The position numbers and the translations under genes are program-made. A stretch of 24,000 nt of DNA from Verrucomicrobiaceae bacterium (GTDB lineage: Bacteria > Verrucomicrobiota > Verrucomicrobiia > Verrucomicrobiales > Akkermansiaceae), in contig JAIXPW010000047.1 of assembly GCA_027485995.1 (NCBI GenBank), positions 1-24,000 of the forward strand, given 5' to 3'. Each line of letters begins with the position of its first letter. Positions within the stretch are counted from its first letter, which is position 1. Positions 1 to 6,906 of the stretch are shown here, piece by piece. The notes below the pieces were generated by a model. The model ran no database searches. It saw only the letters and a list, made by a program, of their open reading frames with translations, and was not told where the DNA came from.

Positions 1-101
1 CAAGGACGAAGCGCCTGTCCACCACGCGGGAAATGCAGTGGTAGATCGCCGGTTTCTCCAGCGAGTCCTTCCAGGGAGCGAGCCAGCGTGAACGCCTCAT
101 G
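1..101 (-). CDS. N-terminal fragment of a Y1/REP-associated-type transposase-like protein, cut by the window edge
   Basis: Manual reverse-strand translation from ATG at 101: MRRSRWLAPWKDSLEKPAIYHCISRVVDRRFVL... The 'YHCISRVVDRRFV' segment resembles the N-terminus of REP-associated/IS200-like Y1 transposases (YH-x-ISR-x-N/D-x-R). Confidence 0.55.
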
Positions 102-245
102 GCCGAACCTTAGAGCCCCGCCCCCACAAGGCAAGAGGATTTCTCACACCTTGTCTGTCCCTATTTCTCTCTGAGGGTGGTGGTGGTCAAACCGGAATTG
201 CTGAAAATCATTTGCCTCCCGCATCTCCGGCGCTACACCGAGACC

Positions 246-1373
246 GTGATTTTTGATTTCGACACGCCGATTCCGCGCCGAGGCACAGGCAATATCAAAT
301 TCGACCGCCGACCGGAACTTGATCCGTTCTGGGTGGCAGACATGGACTTCGCCTCCTGCCCGGAGATCCTTGAAGCTCTGCACCGTCGCGTCGACCACGG
401 GATCTTCGGGTATGCCCAAGCCCATGATGGCTTGAACGAGGCCATCCTTTCCTATCTTGAAGCTCGCCGCGGAGCCGCTGTTCCGCTTTCCCATATCGTC
501 CATCTCGGTGGATTGGTCCCGGCGCTCTCCCTCGCCGCACGTGCCTTCTGCAAGGGTGACGAAGCGGTCATGACCTGCACGCCGGTTTACCCGCCATTCA
601 TCGGCGTTCACCACGACGCCCATTGTGAACTGATTACCGTCGATCATTCGTTTGAAGACGGAGCCTGGACCTTTGATTGGGAGTCCATGGAGAAGGCAGT
701 GACCCCGAAGACCCGCGTCTTCATCCTATGCAATCCGCAGAATCCGATCGGCCGGGTCTTCACCCGCGCAGAACTGATCCAACTGGCTGAATTCTGTGAT
801 AGACATGATTTGATCCTGGTTTCGGACGAAATTCACTGCGATCTGATTCTTGATCCGGAGGCGGAACACGTGTCCGGCGTGAATCTGCCTGAGCGTTTCC
901 AACACCGGATCATCACGCTGCTGGCCCCAAGCAAGACGTGGAACATCGCCGGCCTCGGCTATGCCTATGCCATCATCCCGGACGATTCTGTTCGTCGACG
1001 CTTCTGTGCGGCCCGCGGCCACACTCTTTCAGAGATCAACGCGCTGTCCTACTATGCCGCCGAGGCCGCCTACCGTCACGGCGAACCCTGGCGCCAGGAA
1101 CTGCTGGGATATCTGAGAGGAAATCGTGACACGCTCGTCGAGTTCATCCGCAGCCGCTGCCCGGGCCTTTCGATCGAACCGGGCCAAGCCACTTATCTTG
1201 CCTGGATCAATGGCAGTTCTCTTGGCAATCCAGCCCAGCATTTCGAAAAGTCCGCCGGGCTCTTTCTCTCCGATGGCGCGTTCTTCCAATGGCCCGGATG
1301 GTTTCGTTTCAACTTCGGCTGCCCACGGGCCCGCATGCTGGAGGGACTGGAAAAGATCGCCGCCCACCTCTGA
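246..1373 (+). CDS. PLP-dependent aminotransferase / C-S lyase of the MalY/PatB type
   Basis: ORF 177..1373. A GTG at 246 gives VIFDFDTPIPRRGTGNIKFD, matching the usual MalY/PatB start. Other motifs: WVADMDF, NPQNPIGRVF, SDEIHCDL, and PLP-Lys region APSKTWNIAGLG. Confidence 0.88.
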   Translation: MIFDFDTPIPRRGTGNIKFDRRPELDPFWVADMDFASCPEILEALHRRVDHGIFGYAQAHDGLNEAILSYLEARRGAAVPLSHIVHLGGLVPALSLAARAFCKGDEAVMTCTPVYPPFIGVHHDAHCELITVDHSFEDGAWTFDWESMEKAVTPKTRVFILCNPQNPIGRVFTRAELIQLAEFCDRHDLILVSDEIHCDLILDPEAEHVSGVNLPERFQHRIITLLAPSKTWNIAGLGYAYAIIPDDSVRRRFCAARGHTLSEINALSYYAAEAAYRHGEPWRQELLGYLRGNRDTLVEFIRSRCPGLSIEPGQATYLAWINGSSLGNPAQHFEKSAGLFLSDGAFFQWPGWFRFNFGCPRARMLEGLEKIAAHL

Positions 1374-1420
1374 GCGGGTTTTTGCTTCGATTTTCCAAAT
1401 CACCGGTTCACTGTTTCCAC

Positions 1421-2104
1421 ATGGCACGCCTCCTGCGACTCATCGCCGTCATCTCACTGACCTTCAGCAGCCTCGCCTCCGCCGAGCATGTGATCCTCAC
1501 CGGTGGACCGGCCCTGCGGAAATGGGAGAACTACCGTGTGTCGGCCGACCAGCACGACCGCTGGTGGGCCAACTTCGTCCGGGCCTCCACCTTGCGCATG
1601 GCGGAGATCCGCAGCACCTACGGCAAGGATGCGCCGCTCGTCTGGATCGTGTTCCAACCCGGTTATGCCGCCCGCGGCCGGGAAGACGGCAAACCCTATA
1701 CGTCCTGGATCAGCCAGTTGGCGGCCGACCGCCGGGCAACACTCATCTGGATCAACAGCGGAGGAGATTTCATCCGGGCCATGAACGGTCGCCCCCGCGG
1801 CACGGTTCAGACCTTCGACTATTTTGGTCACTCCAACCGCTATTGCTTCCTCCTCGATTACAGCAGCGACATCATGGCCGCCTGCTCTGCCTGGGTGCAC
1901 GAACGGGATCTGCCCCGCCTCAGTTCATCGGTCTTCGCGAAGGATGCAAACTGCAAGAGCTGGGGATGCCACACCGCTGAAAGCATGAGCGACAAGTGGA
2001 AAAGCGCTACCGGCCACCCCCTCGAAGGCGCCACCGGCGCGACCAACTACGACAAGGTCGGCCAAGGAATCCTCCCCACCTCGACGAGTGGCTGGTTGAG
2101 ATAA
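1421..2104 (+). CDS. Hypothetical exported protein with conserved-looking GHS and WGCHTAES motifs
   Basis: ATG at 1421 gives MARLLRLIAVISLTFSSLASAEHV, a signal-peptide-like N-terminus. The ORF stays open to 2104. Confidence 0.7.
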   Translation: MARLLRLIAVISLTFSSLASAEHVILTGGPALRKWENYRVSADQHDRWWANFVRASTLRMAEIRSTYGKDAPLVWIVFQPGYAARGREDGKPYTSWISQLAADRRATLIWINSGGDFIRAMNGRPRGTVQTFDYFGHSNRYCFLLDYSSDIMAACSAWVHERDLPRLSSSVFAKDANCKSWGCHTAESMSDKWKSATGHPLEGATGATNYDKVGQGILPTSTSGWLR

Positions 2105-2167
2105 GCCACAGGCCCATCATCCTCATTCGCCGATCCCTGTCCCGCTCCCATTCCCATTTCGATTTCC

Positions 2168-3187
2168 ATGACCTACGACGAGCTTCACCGCCTCTACCAC
2201 CTGCCCTTCTTCGAACTCCTCAAGCAGGGCCGGGCCGTGCATGAGGCCAACTGGCCGGAGGCCGATGTGCAGCTCTGCACCCTGCTCTCGATCAAAACCG
2301 GCGGCTGTTCGGAGGACTGCTCCTACTGCGCCCAGTCCGCCCGCTACAATTCGGGCATCGAGGTCGAGCGACTGATGGCCAAGGACGACATCATGGAGCG
2401 CGCCAGAGCTGCCCGCGAGACTGGCTCGACCCGCTTCTGCATGGGCGCCGCCTGGCGTGGCGTGCGCGGCGGCACCCAACGTTTCGAGCAGGTGCTCGAC
2501 ATCGTGCGCGACGTTTCACAGCTGGGCATGGAAGTGTGTGTGACCCTCGGCGAGCTCGGGCCTGATGAAGCCGTGGCCCTCAAGGAGGCCGGTGTCACCG
2601 CCTACAACCACAATCTTGATACCTCACCGGAGCACTATCCGAATATCGTCACCACCCACACCTACGACGACCGCCTGCGGACCATCCGCAACGTCCAGGA
2701 AGCCGGCATGTCGGTCTGTTGTGGCGGCATTCTCGGCCTCGGCGAAACCATCGAGGACCGTCTGAAAATGCTGGAGGTCATTTCCAATTTCAACCCGCAG
2801 CCGGAAAGCGTGCCGATCAACTCGCTGATGCCGATGCCCGGCACTCCGCTTTCGGAAAACGCGCAGGTCGATCCGCTCGACCTCGCACGGATGATCGCCG
2901 TCACCCGCATCGCGATCCCGAAGGCCAAGGTCCGTCTTTCGGCCGGTCGCACCCGGCTTTCCGACGAGGCCCAGGCACTTTGTTTTTTTGCTGGAGCAAA
3001 TTCCATCTTCTACGGCGACAAGCTCCTTACCGCCAAGAACCCCGCTGTTGAGAAAGACCAGGCCCTTCTCGCGAAATTGGGACTGGGCACGCTTGCGCCG
3101 AATCTATCACTCGAATCGCCTTCGGCCAGTTTGAACCGTCCCCTGTCTCCGGCCACTGCCGACGAGGCGAAATGCGGTTGCTGCTGA
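2168..3187 (+). CDS. bioB: Biotin synthase
   Basis: 339 aa with radical-SAM cluster motif CSEDCSYCAQSARY, plus YNHNLDTSPEHYP, CCGGILGLGE and the PMPGTPL region typical of BioB. Confidence 0.95.
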   Translation: MTYDELHRLYHLPFFELLKQGRAVHEANWPEADVQLCTLLSIKTGGCSEDCSYCAQSARYNSGIEVERLMAKDDIMERARAARETGSTRFCMGAAWRGVRGGTQRFEQVLDIVRDVSQLGMEVCVTLGELGPDEAVALKEAGVTAYNHNLDTSPEHYPNIVTTHTYDDRLRTIRNVQEAGMSVCCGGILGLGETIEDRLKMLEVISNFNPQPESVPINSLMPMPGTPLSENAQVDPLDLARMIAVTRIAIPKAKVRLSAGRTRLSDEAQALCFFAGANSIFYGDKLLTAKNPAVEKDQALLAKLGLGTLAPNLSLESPSASLNRPLSPATADEAKCGCC

Positions 3188-3240
3188 ATCGTTCCGCTTT
3201 TGCATTTCCGTTTTGGAGGATCGCTTGTTAACCCGGGCGC

Positions 3241-4380
3241 ATCGAACAAGCACTCTCCATCACCGGGTTGGGTCTCCTCACGGCCCTCGGGCAATCGGTC
3301 AGCGACCAGATCTCCGCCATCGAGCAAGGTCAGACCCATTTCCGCCCGCTTTCGGAACTCCTCGGTCGCGAGAGTCCACACGGCGCCACGCGGGCTGGCT
3401 GGATCGGGTCCAGGGAGCTTCTGACCAGCCGGAAATGGAGTCCGGCGACGATGGCGGCCCTCCACGTTGCACGTGAAGCGGTGTCTGCCGCGAAATGGTC
3501 GGCCGATGACCTTCGGGATGCCGCCGTCGTCCTCGGAACCAGCCGAGGCAATGCCGCGGGCTGGCTCGCACCGTGGCCGGGAAGGCGTGCCTTCAAGCTG
3601 ATGGCCGCCAGCAACACCATCCACAGCGAGCCCGCCGCCGCCATCACCATCGAACTCGGCATTCAAGGGCCCTATCAGGTTCTCGCCAGTGGATGCTCGG
3701 CCGGATTGGACGCCATCGGAATCGCCTCGCTTCTCGTCCAGAGCGGGATCGTCCCCAGGGCCATCGCCGTGGCGGTCGATCTCCCTTTGGTCCCCTGCCT
3801 GCTGGACAGCTACGCCTCCTCCGGCCTTCTCTCGAGAGGCACCTCCTGCGACCCCTATTCGCCTGAAAGCGATGGCTTCATCCCAGCCGAAGGAGCTGCT
3901 GCCATGACCCTGGAGCTCCACCGGCCGGGCCACCCTTCCCTTTTCGGATATGCCGCCAACTCGGATGCCTGTGATCCACTCGGCATGCCGAAGGATGGAG
4001 GACGAAGCATCCAGCTCATCCAGCAGGCCATCGCCCGGCACGGTCGTCCATCCGCGCTATGCCCGCATGCGACCGGCACCGCAGTTCATGCGATCTCGGA
4101 ACCTGCCGCCCTCAAGGCATGCTTTTCCGAAACTCCCACTCCCAGCCTGCATCTCCTCAAGCCGTTCACGGGACATACCATCGGAGCAAGCGGTCTGGTG
4201 GAGGCCGCCATCCTGGCGTCCTTTCTTGGCAAGGGGAAACTGCCGCCGAACCTGGTCGGTCGAAGCCCGATCCACGGCTTCAATCTACCCGACCGTGCAC
4301 TCGACGCCTCGAGCCCAGTGTTCAAACTTTCCCACAGCATGGGTGGCCACAATGCCCTGCTCGTTCTTTCACCTCCATGA
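3241..4380 (+). CDS. Divergent beta-ketoacyl synthase (FabF/KS-like); start codon uncertain
   Basis: Reading frame IEQALSITGLGLLTALGQSV..., active-site Cys region VLASGCSAGLDAIG, His regions PHATGTAVHAISE and KPFTGHTIGASGLVEA, C-terminal HSMGGHNALLVL. The listed ORF starts at TTG 3268, but KS homology appears to begin upstream; an in-frame TAA lies at 3229-3231. Confidence 0.8.
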   Translation: MEQALSITGLGLLTALGQSVSDQISAIEQGQTHFRPLSELLGRESPHGATRAGWIGSRELLTSRKWSPATMAALHVAREAVSAAKWSADDLRDAAVVLGTSRGNAAGWLAPWPGRRAFKLMAASNTIHSEPAAAITIELGIQGPYQVLASGCSAGLDAIGIASLLVQSGIVPRAIAVAVDLPLVPCLLDSYASSGLLSRGTSCDPYSPESDGFIPAEGAAAMTLELHRPGHPSLFGYAANSDACDPLGMPKDGGRSIQLIQQAIARHGRPSALCPHATGTAVHAISEPAALKACFSETPTPSLHLLKPFTGHTIGASGLVEAAILASFLGKGKLPPNLVGRSPIHGFNLPDRALDASSPVFKLSHSMGGHNALLVLSPP

Positions 4381-5486
4381 GCTCCGACCTGCGACTCCAA
4401 GTCTCCATCGACGACCAGACCCTCCGCCTGCTCAATGCGGACGGACTGCTTCGACAATTCATCATCTCCACCGCCGCCAAAGGTGTCGGATTCAAGGAAG
4501 GAAGCTACCGGACACCAACCGGTCGCTTCCAGATCGCGGAGAAAATCGGTCAGGGTGAGCCAATGGGAACCATTTTCACGGCCCGCGAACCCGCCGGACT
4601 CTGGTCTCCTGAGCAACCATGCACGGCGAGCGACCTCATCCTTACACGCATCCTCCGCATCGAGGGCCTCGATTCCGAAAACTCCAACACGTTCCAGAGA
4701 TTCATCTACCTTCACGGCACCAACCGTGAGGACCTGCTCGGACAGCCTGCCAGTCATGGCTGTATCCGGATGTCCAATCAGGACATCATCGAGCTGTTCG
4801 ACCTCGTCCAGCCCGGCACACCGCTTGAGATCCTGCCTCCCGTGCATAAGGGAGGGAAACTGATCTTCTTTGACTGTGACTCCACGCTCTCCTCGATCGA
4901 GGGGATCGATGAACTCGCCCGTGCCCGCGGCCAGGATGTTTTCGACAACGTGGTATCCCTCACCAACGCGGCCATGAATGGTGAGATTCCATTGGACGAA
5001 GTCTTTCCACGGCGCATGGAGATCATCCGTCCGGATCGAAGCACCTGTGAGGAGGTTGCCTGTCTCTATCAGGAAACCATCACTCCGGGATCACGCGAAC
5101 TTGTCGCCCGGCTGCGGCAGGACGGTTGGACCATTGTCATCCTTTCCGGGGGCTTCGCGCCGCTGATCGAGCCATTGGCGGGGACTCTGGGCATCGAACA
5201 TGTCGAGGCCGTCCCCTTGTTCCTGAACCCTGACGGGACCTATGCCGGATATGGATATGATTACCCCACCACACGCGCTGGAGGAAAAAACGAGATCATC
5301 CGCGAATGGAAATCCGCCTTGATCCCGCAGCGGGTCGTCATGATCGGCGATGGGGCCTCTGATCTGGAAACACAACCTGATGTGGATCTCTTTGTTGGAT
5401 ACGGCGGAGTGGTTTCCCGTCCCAAAGTCAAGGCGGGCGCAGGGGCCTGGATCGAACGAATGGACGATTTCGTGACTGTTATTTAA
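4377..5486 (+). CDS. Fusion protein: N-terminal YkuD L,D-transpeptidase domain plus C-terminal SerB-like HAD phosphatase domain
   Basis: ATG at 4377 overlaps the KS stop (ATGA). YkuD signature: IYLHGTNREDLLGQPASHGCIRMSNQDI. HAD motifs: FFDCDSTLSSIEGIDELARARG (I), VILSGGF (II), VVMIGDGASDLE (IV). All lie in one uninterrupted frame. Confidence 0.88.
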   Translation: MSSDLRLQVSIDDQTLRLLNADGLLRQFIISTAAKGVGFKEGSYRTPTGRFQIAEKIGQGEPMGTIFTAREPAGLWSPEQPCTASDLILTRILRIEGLDSENSNTFQRFIYLHGTNREDLLGQPASHGCIRMSNQDIIELFDLVQPGTPLEILPPVHKGGKLIFFDCDSTLSSIEGIDELARARGQDVFDNVVSLTNAAMNGEIPLDEVFPRRMEIIRPDRSTCEEVACLYQETITPGSRELVARLRQDGWTIVILSGGFAPLIEPLAGTLGIEHVEAVPLFLNPDGTYAGYGYDYPTTRAGGKNEIIREWKSALIPQRVVMIGDGASDLETQPDVDLFVGYGGVVSRPKVKAGAGAWIERMDDFVTVI

Positions 5487-5604
5487 TCAGGCATCTCGGA
5501 ATCTTTCGAGGAACCATTCTTGCGTAAATACCCTGATAACATAGGGTAAAATCGTGATATTTTGCCTTGTCATCGCACAGTTGGGGGGGTTCCATGTTGT
5601 CGTT

Positions 5605-5937
5605 ATGAGCACCAAATCAACCGTCAATTCCGCCAAGGGCAAGCGTTACTCCGAAAAGGAGAAGGCCGAGATCATCGCCTTCGTCGAAAAGGTGAACGCT
5701 GAAAAAGGCCGCGGTGGACAGAGCGCCGCTTCCGCCAAGTTCAAGATCTCCCAACTTACCATCTCGAGTTGGCTGAAGGCAGCAACCGGTGGCAGCACCA
5801 CCAAGGCAAGCAGCACCAAGGGTGGCTTCGGCTCGAAGCTTTCCAAGCTTTCCTCCCTCGCCAGCCAGATCGAGAAGGCCGAGAAGGAACTTGGCAAGCT
5901 CAAGTCCCAGTTCGACGCACTCAAGAAGTCGCTCTGA
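5605..5937 (+). CDS. Small HTH-like protein with a C-terminal coiled coil
   Basis: MSTKSTVNSAKGKRYSEKEKAEIIAFVEKVNAEKGRGGQSAASAKFKISQLTISSWLK resembles a homeodomain-like/transposase OrfA HTH. It is followed by a low-complexity Ser/Thr/Gly linker and LASQIEKAEKELGKLKSQFDALKKSL. Confidence 0.72.
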   Translation: MSTKSTVNSAKGKRYSEKEKAEIIAFVEKVNAEKGRGGQSAASAKFKISQLTISSWLKAATGGSTTKASSTKGGFGSKLSKLSSLASQIEKAEKELGKLKSQFDALKKSL

Positions 5938-5962
5938 ACTTAACCACCATCATTCAAACTCC

Positions 5963-5999
5963 GAGCCGCCCTTCCCTTGTGGATTGGCGGTTCTTTTTT
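5963..5999 (+). terminator. Rho-independent terminator for the 5605..5937 gene
   Basis: GAGCCGCC (5963-5970) pairs with GGCGGTTC (5986-5993), with one G-T wobble, followed by TTTTTT. Confidence 0.75.
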
Positions 6000-6266
6000 G
6001 CCTATCTGTCAGATTCGCTGTCCGCTAAACGGCGGGAATGATCTGGAACCGCTGAGATCACAGAGTTTGATCAGGCCGCTGCGGGGGAAATGGCTCCGGA
6101 TATTCTAATGGAAACATCTTCCTGCGTCGCAGGATGCCCTGGTTGCTTATCCTGAATCCGGAAATACCGACCAGGAACTTCAAGAGACATTACGCGATCA
6201 TGGAGGTCCAAATCGCGTCGGACTCTTTCATCTGGTGACTACGAAGATCGTTACGATTGCTTTTTG

Positions 6267-6353
6267 TTTCGTGCGTTTCGAGACGTTCGTGGTTACTGAT
6301 TTCCCTCCTGAGGCTTATGCGTTCTCCGTTTTCTCAGTGCCTGTGGTGATCAA
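6267..6353. repeat. Repeat-like intergenic segment with degenerate internal TTCGTG/GTTTCG units
   Basis: TTTCGTGCGTTTCGAGACGTTCGTGGTT followed by ATGCGTTCTCCGTTTTCTCAGTGCCTGTGGTGATCAA. The composition differs from the flanking coding DNA. Confidence 0.35.
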
Positions 6354-6405
6354 GGTAAGGATTCACCAGCCAAGCTGAAGAAGATCTTCTTCATGACCGG
6401 GACGC

Positions 6406-6906
6406 TTACCAAGCCTGTCTGATCTCGATCGAACTCCAGAGAAGATCATCTCCCGAGAAGCAGAATTTCCCGAGGAACGGAGTCTCCTCCAGCATCAGGG
6501 GCAGCCACAAGCGGTCATCGGCCCACATGCGGTCATAGGGAATCTCATCGAGTCCCACCCACAGCGGAACAGCCTCCTCGGTCTCGGTCGGAGTCCCCGT
6601 GAAGTCATCCGCCCGATAGACATGACAGAGGATGTCAGGAATATCCCCCATGGCGAACCACAGCTCGCCGAGTTTGCGGGGATTCAAGGGAGTGATCTTC
6701 AACTCCTCCTCGGTTTCCCGGATCGCACAGGCCAGCGCGGTTTCGCCGGGATCGATCTTGCCACCAGGGCCGTTAATCTTCCCGGCACCGAGGCCACGCT
6801 TCTTGACGATGAGCAGGACCTGGCCGTCGCGGACAATGAACATCAGCGTCGCGGGCACCACAGGCACCCATGACTCCCAATCCACCGGCGACGGCCCCTG
6901 ACTCAT
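6406..6906 (-). CDS. Nudix hydrolase, MTH1/NUDT1-like (possible oxidised purine NTP diphosphatase)
   Basis: Nudix box GKIDPGETALACAIRETEEELKI, preceded by KKRGLGAGKINGPGG and followed by GLDEIPYDRMWADDRLWLPLML. These resemble human MTH1 (KKRGFGAGRWNGFGGK, QIPFKDMWPDDSYWFPLLL). Confidence 0.85.
   Translation of the reverse strand: MSQGPSPVDWESWVPVVPATLMFIVRDGQVLLIVKKRGLGAGKINGPGGKIDPGETALACAIRETEEELKITPLNPRKLGELWFAMGDIPDILCHVYRADDFTGTPTETEEAVPLWVGLDEIPYDRMWADDRLWLPLMLEETPFLGKFCFSGDDLLWSSIEIRQAW

Noticed and set aside
2105-2167. Pyrimidine-rich TCCCGCTCCCATTCCCATTTCGATTTCC run before bioB
   Set aside because: It looks like a short imperfect repeat but is too short and degenerate to support a riboswitch or protein-binding array.
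3010-4041. 343-aa ORF on the minus strand opposite the ketoacyl synthase
   Set aside because: It lies antisense to a gene with recognisable KS motifs. The protein is Gly/Asp/Arg-rich with no recognisable family and is typical of spurious ORFs in high-GC DNA.
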